From a virus (taxonomy: Duplodnaviria; Caudoviricetes), in IMG/VR virus record IMGVR_UViG_3300032330_001151, positions 1 through 37,772 of that record: a stretch of DNA of 37,772 bases; one strand, written 5' to 3'. Below the pieces are notes generated by a model, which searched no databases, was not told the DNA's origin, and saw nothing but the letters and a program-made list of their open reading frames with translations. The position numbers and the translations under genes were made by a program. Shown piece after piece: positions 28,835 to 36,886 of this stretch (positions within the stretch are counted from its first letter, which is position 1; every line of letters begins with the position of its first letter).

Positions 28835-28860
28835 ATAGCCTCTTCGGAGGCTATTTTTTT
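28835..28860 (+). terminator. Rho-independent terminator with cUUCGg tetraloop
   Basis: ATAGCCTC-TTCG-GAGGCTAT followed by TTTTTT. Confidence 0.9.
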
Positions 28861-28874
28861 CAGTAAATACAGTT

Positions 28875-30461
28875 ATGGTAACAAAAACTATCGATGCCAA
28901 GTTAATCAAGACTGCTCATACACAACAACGGTTTACTGAGCAGGACATTGAAAATCTTTTAAAATGTCAAGATCCGCAGACAGGAGCTTCATTTTTCCTT
29001 GAAAATTATTTCTTTATTCAGCATCCTACTAAGGGTAAAATGCAATATCAAGCGTTTGAATATCAAAGAGAATTATTACAGAGTTACAATGACAACAGAT
29101 TCAGCGTAAATATGCTTGGGCGCCAGATGGGAAAGACCACAACGGCCGTAGGCTATTTGCTATGGTATGGCATGTTTGTCCCTGATAGCACAATTCTAAT
29201 CTCGGCGCACAAATATACAGGTGCACAGGAAATTATGCAACGTCTACGTTATGCATATGAAACTTGCCCCGATTGGATACGTGCAGGTGTTACCAGTTAT
29301 AATAAACAGTCAATTGAATTTGACAACGGATCGCGTATTGTTGCACAGACAACAACTGAAACAACAGGTCGTGGTATGTCTGTATCACTATTATACTGCG
29401 ACGAGTTTGCCTATGTAGAACCTAACATTGCCACAGAGTTTTGGACTTCTATTTCGCCTACACTAGCAACTGGTGGTAAGGCAATTATTACTTCAACACC
29501 TAACAGTGACGAAGACCAATTTTCTTTAATCTGGAAAGAGGCCAACAAAAGAACTGACGAGTATGGCAACAGCACAAAGTTAGGTAAAAACGGTTTTTAT
29601 CCATACATGGCCGTGTGGAATCAACATCCCGACCGTGATGAAGTATGGGCCAATGAAGAAAGATCACGTGTAGGCGAAGAACGATTCCGTCGTGAGCACG
29701 AATGTGAATTCTTAGTTTTTGACGAAACATTAATCAGCAGTATCAAACTATCTGATCTTGAAGGCAAAGAACCTATAATGAAAATGGGACAATGCCGCTG
29801 GTATAAAAAAATTAATCCTAAAAACACCTATATCGTAGCCCTAGACCCTAGTTTAGGTACCGGCGGCGATCCAGCCGCTATACAGGTTTTAGAATTACCC
29901 AGCTTTGAACAAATAGCCGAATGGCACCATAACACTACTCCGATTCAAGGTCAGGTTAGAATATTAAGAGATATTTGTCAGTATATTCAAAACGAGTGTG
30001 CAGAAAAAGGTTCGTCACCTAGCCTTTATTACAGTGTAGAAAATAATACAGTAGGCGAAGCCGCATTGGTGTCAATTAGTGAAATTGGTGAAGAAAGTAT
30101 TCCGGGATTGTTCTTAAGTGAACCAATTAAGAAAGGGCATGTGCGTAGATTCCGCAAAGGATTTAATACAACACATACAAGCAAAATTTCTATCTGTGCT
30201 AAATTAAAACATCTTATTGAAAGCAATAGAATGAAACTGCATTCTAAATCATTGATTTCAGAACTTAAGACATTCGTGGCTAAGGGCATAAGTTTTGCAG
30301 GTAAAACAGGCAGTCATGACGACTTGGTCAGTAGTGTGTTATTGGCCCTACGCATGGCAATATTATTACAAGAATGGGATCCAGCTATCTACGATAAACT
30401 TAGAGAAGAAGCCGAAGATGAATGGGTAATGCCCATGCCTGTATATGTAAGTACCTATTAA
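28875..30461 (+). CDS. gp17: Terminase large subunit (T4 gp17-like)
   Basis: Walker A 'RQMGKTT', Walker B 'LLYCDEFA', 'ITSTPN', nuclease 'ALDPSLG.GGD' and 'HDDLV'. Confidence 0.95.
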   Translation: MVTKTIDAKLIKTAHTQQRFTEQDIENLLKCQDPQTGASFFLENYFFIQHPTKGKMQYQAFEYQRELLQSYNDNRFSVNMLGRQMGKTTTAVGYLLWYGMFVPDSTILISAHKYTGAQEIMQRLRYAYETCPDWIRAGVTSYNKQSIEFDNGSRIVAQTTTETTGRGMSVSLLYCDEFAYVEPNIATEFWTSISPTLATGGKAIITSTPNSDEDQFSLIWKEANKRTDEYGNSTKLGKNGFYPYMAVWNQHPDRDEVWANEERSRVGEERFRREHECEFLVFDETLISSIKLSDLEGKEPIMKMGQCRWYKKINPKNTYIVALDPSLGTGGDPAAIQVLELPSFEQIAEWHHNTTPIQGQVRILRDICQYIQNECAEKGSSPSLYYSVENNTVGEAALVSISEIGEESIPGLFLSEPIKKGHVRRFRKGFNTTHTSKISICAKLKHLIESNRMKLHSKSLISELKTFVAKGISFAGKTGSHDDLVSSVLLALRMAILLQEWDPAIYDKLREEAEDEWVMPMPVYVSTY

Positions 30462-30489
30462 TCAAGCAAGTTTTCGCATAAATAACAAT

Positions 30490-32577
30490 ATGAAAGCTAT
30501 CCAAATAATCAGCCAAGATGTTTTTGACAAAGTCCGCAGTCGCTTCTCTAATTTAGAGATGGGCGATGAAACCGGTGCAGTTACAATCGATCCTATGCAG
30601 GCAAGATTTTTTGATTTTGACTTTGTTGTAGAAGGCAACAATCTAGGTCGTGTGAGTATCAGCTTAAACGATCTAGGCAGTTTGAAAGTTTATTACAGCC
30701 AAGGTATTACTGAAAATCAAGATGATCCTGCTAAAAAAGATTGGTACAATTTCTTAAAAGAAATGCGATTTTTTGCCATGCGTAGACTACTACGGTTTGA
30801 TACACGCGATATCGCTAAAACAAATTTAGACAAAAATGATTTTCAACATTTGGCCGCGACACAAGGCCCTAAGGAAGAACCAGAAATGAATAACATGAAT
30901 GAATCACGTTGGAACCAAAAAAGTACCAAAAAAACTAGCCGTGCTATCAAAGGCACTACCGAAGTTATTGTACGTCATGCAAGAGCAGTTGATGAAATGT
31001 ATCCAGGTGCTCGTAGCCAACGTAAAAACATCAAGGCAATTTTTATTCAAAATAGAGATGGCGAGCGTTTTAAATATCCGTTCATTCATCCAGCAGGCGC
31101 ATTTGCCATGGCACAACACGTAGATCACGGTGGTATTCCACATGACCCAGCAGGCAAGGCAATTATCCGTATGAGCGAAGAAATTGCTCAACTAGGAGAA
31201 TTCCAACGTAAAATACAACGAACAAGTTTACACGATGACGCAATGGGCATCACTGAGAGGGCCGTAGGCCGATTGACCGAGCTCAAAGCAAAGATAGACG
31301 CACTAGGCAAAAAACACCACTACGAATCGTGGGTAGCAGAGTTTAATGAACAAGAACACATGGATAACGACATCATGGAGCTTGATGCAGTTACTATGGA
31401 AGAATACAAGAGCAAGTTTACACAAAGTTCTTTCCAAGAAGAATTAGCAGGATATTTTCCTTTACTGCACAGAATCATGAGTGAAACTAACAAAGTTGAC
31501 CTTGAGGATTTTGTCAAAGAAGAAAGCGATGTATGCCCAGAATGTAAAGAAGATCCCTGTGTCTGCGATGATCATGTTAAAGAAAATGCATTTGATGCAT
31601 TTACTGAGTGGGCAGAAGCAGTAGAGCAAGGCAAATTAACTGACGAACAAATTGGCGAACTTAAACAAGGTTTATCAGAATTACCACAAGGACAAAATGG
31701 TCCTGAATTAGATTTTGAAACAGCCTACAACTTTTTTAGTCAATACGGAATCGACGACGAAGATTTAAAAGATGCATTGCAGGATGAAAAAGAGAGAGAT
31801 GAAGAAATCCAAGTTCCTCCTGTCGAAGTATTCAAAGTATGGGCTAAAGAAAATTACCCAGAGCTATTAGTAGCATTGGGCATGAGCGATACACAGGCTC
31901 CTGCTGAACCTGCACCAGAACAACCAACTGCTGAAACAGTGGAAAAAACTAAAGGTTCTAAGCAAGGCATGATCAAAATGATTGCAGAAAAAGTAAAAAG
32001 TTTTTACAATCGAGACAATCCAGAAGTTGGTCCATTCCGCGGTGGCGAAAACATCGCAATGGATGTTAAGAAATCAGTAGAAGAACAATACGGTCCAAAG
32101 GCAGGCGAACAAGCATATCAAATGGCAGAAGCATTGATTGAAAAATTAACCAACGAGTGGCAACAACGTCACGGTCAGATAAACAAAGTTGACGACGGCG
32201 ACGGCCTAGCTCGTTTGAAAGAACTAGTTGGCAATATCAAGGCAAAAGTTGAAGGCATGGAAACTACAACTGATGAAGGCTTAGGTACTAAAATTTTAGG
32301 TGGCGCGGCATTGATAGCATCTCTATGGGGTGTCAACAATCACCTGGCTAACCAGGCATATGAAGCAAGCCCACAGCTACAAAAACTAACACAATTTTAC
32401 AAACAAGCAGAAGCTAACCACGATACAGCAAAAATGCAAGAACTTGAGCGCAGAATTGAAAACCATAAGGCACGTTTAGATCTAGGTCATGGCGATGTAA
32501 TGGATAGGACAGGCAACCCAAAAGAAATTGTTCCAGAAATGGCAGACATTTTGAAATTATCTGGTTTGGCAAAATAA
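30490..32577 (+). CDS. Large acidic modular hypothetical protein, 695 aa
   Basis: Long ORF with TAAATA-N5-ATG; CxxC..PCxC mini-motif; one hydrophobic segment near the C-terminus. Confidence 0.75.
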   Translation: MKAIQIISQDVFDKVRSRFSNLEMGDETGAVTIDPMQARFFDFDFVVEGNNLGRVSISLNDLGSLKVYYSQGITENQDDPAKKDWYNFLKEMRFFAMRRLLRFDTRDIAKTNLDKNDFQHLAATQGPKEEPEMNNMNESRWNQKSTKKTSRAIKGTTEVIVRHARAVDEMYPGARSQRKNIKAIFIQNRDGERFKYPFIHPAGAFAMAQHVDHGGIPHDPAGKAIIRMSEEIAQLGEFQRKIQRTSLHDDAMGITERAVGRLTELKAKIDALGKKHHYESWVAEFNEQEHMDNDIMELDAVTMEEYKSKFTQSSFQEELAGYFPLLHRIMSETNKVDLEDFVKEESDVCPECKEDPCVCDDHVKENAFDAFTEWAEAVEQGKLTDEQIGELKQGLSELPQGQNGPELDFETAYNFFSQYGIDDEDLKDALQDEKERDEEIQVPPVEVFKVWAKENYPELLVALGMSDTQAPAEPAPEQPTAETVEKTKGSKQGMIKMIAEKVKSFYNRDNPEVGPFRGGENIAMDVKKSVEEQYGPKAGEQAYQMAEALIEKLTNEWQQRHGQINKVDDGDGLARLKELVGNIKAKVEGMETTTDEGLGTKILGGAALIASLWGVNNHLANQAYEASPQLQKLTQFYKQAEANHDTAKMQELERRIENHKARLDLGHGDVMDRTGNPKEIVPEMADILKLSGLAK

Positions 32578-32589
32578 AATCTAAAAGTA

Positions 32590-32656
32590 GCAAGTTAACT
32601 CTTGCGATGATAAATAAAACTGTGTATAGTTAACTCTATGCACAGTTTTTCTTTTT
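32590..32656 (+). promoter_or_regulatory. Composite control region upstream of gp32
   Basis: TTGCGA (32602-32607), N17, TATAGT (32625-32630); TAAATA (32611-32616); AGTTAACTCT twice; 14-bp stem at 32616-32649 followed by a U-rich tract. Confidence 0.6.
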
Positions 32657-32714
32657 AGTCAGTTGGCTTTAAAGAAATGGCAAAACAAAGGCATAAAACA
32701 TTAAGGAGAATATT

Positions 32715-33701
32715 ATGGCCACTTTAGCAGAAATCCGCGCAAAACTTCAACAGAGCGCACAAAACAATTCCGGTTCAACCGGAGGCGACAACGCAATTTA
32801 CCCTCACTGGAACGCCTCAGAAGGCACAACTACTACAGTTCGTTTCCTTCCAGATGCAGACCCAAATAACACTTTTTTCTGGATTGAACGAGCAATGATC
32901 AAATTGCCATTCGCCGGTGTTAAAGGTGAAACAAACAGCAAACCTGTACAAGTACAAGTTCCTTGCATGGAAATGTGGGGCGAAACTTGCCCAATCTTGA
33001 CAGAAGTTCGTCCATGGTTCAAAGACAAGTCTTTGGAAGATATGGGTCGTAAGTACTGGAAGAAGAAGTCTTACTTGTTCCAAGGGTTTGTTGTTGATAG
33101 CAAACTTCAAGAAGATAAGACACCAGAAAATCCAATTCGTCGATTCATTATTGGTAGCCAAATTTTTAACATTGTTAAGAATGCACTAATGGATAGTGAG
33201 ATTGAAGAATTGCCAACAGACTACGTTCGTGGTTTGGATTTCAAAATCATCAAAACAAGCAAGGGTGGCTATGCTGACTACTCTACTTCAACTTGGGCTC
33301 GTCGTGAACGTGCTTTGAGCGAAGCAGAAAACGCGGCTATTGCACAGTATGGTTTGTTTAATCTTTCGGACTTCTTGCCTAAGAAGCCAGGAGAAGTTGA
33401 ACTCAAAGTTATCAAAGAAATGTTTGAAGCATCAGTTGATGGCGAGGCATTTGACATGGATCGTTGGGGTCAATATTACAAGCCAGCCGGCATGGGCGGT
33501 AGTGGTCAAAGTACCGGTAGTGCTCCACGTACAACAGCAGTACCAGCGGCTTCATCTGCACCTGCAGAAGAAGATGATGCACCGTTCGAAACAACTTCTA
33601 CTCCAACTAGCACTCCTGCTAAGGCAGAAAGCGCAGGCGGAGAAGCCGGAAGTCGTGCCGCAGACATCATTGCAATGATTCGTAATCGTCAGTCAAAGTA
33701 A
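32715..33701 (+). CDS. gp32: Single-stranded DNA-binding protein (T4 gp32-like)
   Basis: TAAGGAG RBS; 'VRFLPD', 'CPI', 'G.DFKI.K...GGYADYS.S.W'; Ala/Thr/Pro-rich tail; heads the uvsX cluster. Confidence 0.88.
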   Translation: MATLAEIRAKLQQSAQNNSGSTGGDNAIYPHWNASEGTTTTVRFLPDADPNNTFFWIERAMIKLPFAGVKGETNSKPVQVQVPCMEMWGETCPILTEVRPWFKDKSLEDMGRKYWKKKSYLFQGFVVDSKLQEDKTPENPIRRFIIGSQIFNIVKNALMDSEIEELPTDYVRGLDFKIIKTSKGGYADYSTSTWARRERALSEAENAAIAQYGLFNLSDFLPKKPGEVELKVIKEMFEASVDGEAFDMDRWGQYYKPAGMGGSGQSTGSAPRTTAVPAASSAPAEEDDAPFETTSTPTSTPAKAESAGGEAGSRAADIIAMIRNRQSK

Positions 33702-33712
33702 GGAGATAAATC

Positions 33713-33922
33713 ATGGCAAGATCTCCTAAGATCAATGAGAATTTCTCATTGAGTTACAATAGTCGCGAGGATCAAAGCGGTGACACAGTTGCCGACATTG
33801 ATGTTCGATTTGACAATCCTAAAGATGACTCTGTTATAATCCACAGGCTCAATACATGGCTTAAAGCTATCGGTCGCACCGATATTGTTGTAAGCCCAGT
33901 TGAACATAGAAAGGGAGTATAA
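33713..33922 (+). CDS. Hypothetical protein, 69 aa
   Basis: TAAGGAG RBS; fills the gap between gp32 and uvsX. Confidence 0.7.
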   Translation: MARSPKINENFSLSYNSREDQSGDTVADIDVRFDNPKDDSVIIHRLNTWLKAIGRTDIVVSPVEHRKGV

Positions 33923-33923
33923 C

Positions 33924-34982
33924 ATGGCGAAGGCCTTCGATATTTCAAAGTTCCGTAAAACTATTACCAAATCCATCGACGGACTAGGCATTGGTTTTAA
34001 TGATCCAACTGACTGGATCAGCACAGGCAATTATGCCCTGAACTACTTGATCTCGGGGGACTTCTTCAAAGGAGTCCCACTAGGTAAAGTGACTGTATTT
34101 GCAGGCGAAAGCGGTGCAGGTAAGAGTTATATTTGTTCAGGTAATATCATTCGTCATGCTCAAGAACAGGGTATCTATCCTATCTTGATCGACAGTGAAA
34201 ATGCGTTAGATGAAAAATGGTTAGTAGATTTAGGCGTTGATACCAGTGAAGGTAAATTGCTTAAACTCAATATGGCCATGATTGACGACGTGGCTAAAAC
34301 AATCCATGAGTTTATGAAAGATTATAAACTCATGGCTGAGGAAGACCGTCCTAAGGTCTTGTTTGTAATTGATAGTTTAGGCATGTTGTTAACTCCAACT
34401 GACATTAATCAATTTGAAGCAGGAGACTTAAAAGGTGATATGGGTAGAAAGCCTAAAGCACTTACGGCGCTGGTTCGTAATTGTGTTAATATGTTTGGTA
34501 GTTACAATGTCGGCATGGTATGTACTAATCACACATATGCTAGCCAAGATATGTTTGATCCAGACGATAAAATATCAGGCGGACAGGGCTTCGTTTATGC
34601 ATCTTCTATCGTGGTTGCCATGAAGAAACTCAAACTCAAAGAGGATGAGGATGGCAACAAGGTTAGTGATGTATTGGGTATTCGTAGTGCTTGTAAGATT
34701 ATGAAAACTCGTTATGCAAAACCGTTTGAAACGGTACAGGTTAAGATTCCTTATTCAACAGGTATGGCACCGACCTCTGGGTTAGTTGACATGTTTGAAA
34801 AGATAGGTGTCTTGACAAAAAGCGGAAACAAGCTACAATATGTAAGTAAACAAACTGGCGAAATTACTTCAGAATTCCGTAAAAATTGGTCTGAAGAAAA
34901 GTTGATGAAAATCATGTTAGAGTGGGACGAATCAGCGTTAACTAAACCAGTAGAAATTATTGAAGATTCAGAGGAAGCATAA
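33924..34982 (+). CDS. uvsX: RecA-like recombinase UvsX
   Basis: Walker A 'GESGAGKS', 'IDSENA', 'VIDSLGML', 'SGGQG..YASS'. Start reassigned to the ATG at 33924 after GGGAG. Confidence 0.93.
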   Translation: MAKAFDISKFRKTITKSIDGLGIGFNDPTDWISTGNYALNYLISGDFFKGVPLGKVTVFAGESGAGKSYICSGNIIRHAQEQGIYPILIDSENALDEKWLVDLGVDTSEGKLLKLNMAMIDDVAKTIHEFMKDYKLMAEEDRPKVLFVIDSLGMLLTPTDINQFEAGDLKGDMGRKPKALTALVRNCVNMFGSYNVGMVCTNHTYASQDMFDPDDKISGGQGFVYASSIVVAMKKLKLKEDEDGNKVSDVLGIRSACKIMKTRYAKPFETVQVKIPYSTGMAPTSGLVDMFEKIGVLTKSGNKLQYVSKQTGEITSEFRKNWSEEKLMKIMLEWDESALTKPVEIIEDSEEA

Positions 34983-35236
34983 TGGAAGAAGATCTAATCA
35001 TTGAAGTATGGGATGTGTTTAAAGAATATATCCCTGAGAAAGGCCGAGAGACTGCGGCCAATCATTTTGTAGATTTCCTAGTAGGTAAAGATGTAGAAAT
35101 TTCAACCCTCGAGGGAATTACAGGCTACGATCCTCATTTGGACATCGCAATTAATCTAGTGCTTGAAGAAGCCAAAGATCTTGAAGATGACCAAGACGAG
35201 GAAGATGACTGGGATTATAACGAAGACGAGGATTAA
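34982..35236 (+). CDS. Small acidic hypothetical protein, 84 aa
   Basis: TAATG overlap with the uvsX stop, GAGGA RBS, Asp/Glu-rich tail. Confidence 0.7.
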   Translation: MEEDLIIEVWDVFKEYIPEKGRETAANHFVDFLVGKDVEISTLEGITGYDPHLDIAINLVLEEAKDLEDDQDEEDDWDYNEDED

Positions 35237-35238
35237 TT

Positions 35239-35694
35239 ATGAGTTGGTATGCTAAAGTCTCGAAGGACATAGCACACCTTCCTAATTGTCTAGATTATTT
35301 TTATAACGAGCTCGAAGAGGCCCGCAAAGAAGTTAAAATCTACGGCAACGTAGAGAAATCTTCTGCGGCCTTGCCGGGTGTTGTTGAGCACAGATTTAAT
35401 CAACTACAAGAGATAGAAGCTGTCCTTGAATATCTGAATATTGAACTCCGACGGATAAGATCTAAGGCGTTTAGAAAATATTTAGAAAATTACCAACGAG
35501 CCCTGAGTAGTCGAGACTGTGAAAAATACGTCGAAGGCGAACCAGATGTCGTTGACATGGAAAAAATCATCAATGAATTTGCCATGTTACGAAATCAATG
35601 GCTAGGCATTATCAAAGGCCTAGATATTAAGCAGTGGCAATTAAGCAATATTATTAAATTAAGGGCCGCAGGCCTTGAAGATATTTCACTATGA
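35239..35694 (+). CDS. uvsY: Recombination mediator UvsY-like
   Basis: Helical 151-aa protein with C-terminal 'IIKGLD.KQWQLSNIIKLR.AG'; lies between uvsX and uvsW. Confidence 0.75.
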   Translation: MSWYAKVSKDIAHLPNCLDYFYNELEEARKEVKIYGNVEKSSAALPGVVEHRFNQLQEIEAVLEYLNIELRRIRSKAFRKYLENYQRALSSRDCEKYVEGEPDVVDMEKIINEFAMLRNQWLGIIKGLDIKQWQLSNIIKLRAAGLEDISL

Positions 35695-35703
35695 GTGTAT
35701 AAT
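35675..35703 (+). promoter_or_regulatory. Sigma70-type promoter, probably giving a leaderless mRNA
   Basis: TTGAAG (35675-35680), N17, TATAAT (35698-35703); the ATG at 35711 follows after 7 nt with no SD. Confidence 0.65.
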
Positions 35704-35710
35704 TTAAATT

Positions 35711-36886
35711 ATGCTAACAGTTGAAGATTTAATCATTAAATTAGCCTTTGCTTCGGCAAAGATCAATTCTTGGGACCAGCAATTGGTTAACAGTTTTGCT
35801 GACCAAATTGGTCGCGGTTCTGGTTTTACAGAAAAGCAAGGAAATTTAGCGTTAAAAATATTAAAACGACATAGTGCAATACTGTCAACCTTATATTTGG
35901 CAGATATCAGTAATTTTATAACAAATCCTACCTACAAATATCCTCTTAGGCAGTTGAACAATACTAGAAAAATTTCTATTATCAAAAAAGAACCGTTTGG
36001 TTCTGTGATCAAAGTGGAATTTCCTTACAGTGATGACTATGTTAACAAAATTCGTTCTAAGAAAAATGAGTTAGGTCATGCAGTTTGGGACAAAGAGGAA
36101 AAATCATGGATTTTTTCACTCTGTGAGGCAAATTTAGTATTTTTAGTAGAGTTCATCAAAGATGAAAAATTCCAGTGCGATGAGCAATTTGAAAAATATC
36201 AAAGTCATCTGACAGATATTATAAAAAATATGGAAAAATATGTACCCATGTTAGTACTTGACGAAAAAACTCCAAAATTTGTCAATATTTCTAGGTATGT
36301 ACCTGCATTGGAAACCAACGACATTTTGACTGCCGTGTTTGAAGCAAGAAAAAATGGAATTTTTACCTGGGATGAAAACATTTCTAATTTTTTAGAAAGT
36401 GATAATGTACCGGATGTTGTTAGAAATTTTCTAAAAACTGATCCCAGTGAAAAATTCCATGTAGAACCTAAAAATACCCCAATGCTTGAACTTGATTGGG
36501 TCATAAAATATTTAGGTCCTAGTATTTTTGTAATTCCAGGTGGTAGTGAATTAGAAAAATTAGAGCAATCTTATAATTTTTTAAAATCTGTTGGCATTGA
36601 CAATGACCAGATGAGTGTTATGTTTCGACTACCGTCGGATATCCACAAAAAATTCAATGATTTTGTCAAAACTAACAATTTGAATTCACCAATTACAGAA
36701 AAAACAAAAATAGTTTTTATCAGTAGTAAACTTCCAAAGCCTTTGTTAAAATCAAAAGTAAATTTTAACAGTATTATCAATTTAGGTTTTGGAGGTGTAC
36801 ATTACTCCATTAAAAATTATGTGGAAAATCACTGTAATACCATATATTTTTCCGAAAAATCAAATCGAAGGGATTTCGTGTTTTGA
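35711..36886 (+). CDS. Hypothetical protein with possible HARP-like segment, 391 aa
   Basis: 'FTEKQ..LA.KIL' and 'IKVEFPYS...V.KIR...WDKEEKSWIF'; coupled to uvsW. Confidence 0.65.
   Translation: MLTVEDLIIKLAFASAKINSWDQQLVNSFADQIGRGSGFTEKQGNLALKILKRHSAILSTLYLADISNFITNPTYKYPLRQLNNTRKISIIKKEPFGSVIKVEFPYSDDYVNKIRSKKNELGHAVWDKEEKSWIFSLCEANLVFLVEFIKDEKFQCDEQFEKYQSHLTDIIKNMEKYVPMLVLDEKTPKFVNISRYVPALETNDILTAVFEARKNGIFTWDENISNFLESDNVPDVVRNFLKTDPSEKFHVEPKNTPMLELDWVIKYLGPSIFVIPGGSELEKLEQSYNFLKSVGIDNDQMSVMFRLPSDIHKKFNDFVKTNNLNSPITEKTKIVFISSKLPKPLLKSKVNFNSIINLGFGGVHYSIKNYVENHCNTIYFSEKSNRRDFVF

Noticed and set aside
33900-33923. Track start for uvsX at 33900
   Set aside because: It overlaps the upstream ORF; the ATG at 33924 has a properly spaced GGGAG RBS.
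28875-34982. Introns or inteins in terminase or uvsX
   Set aside because: Both ORFs are uninterrupted, of ordinary length, and show no splicing motifs.
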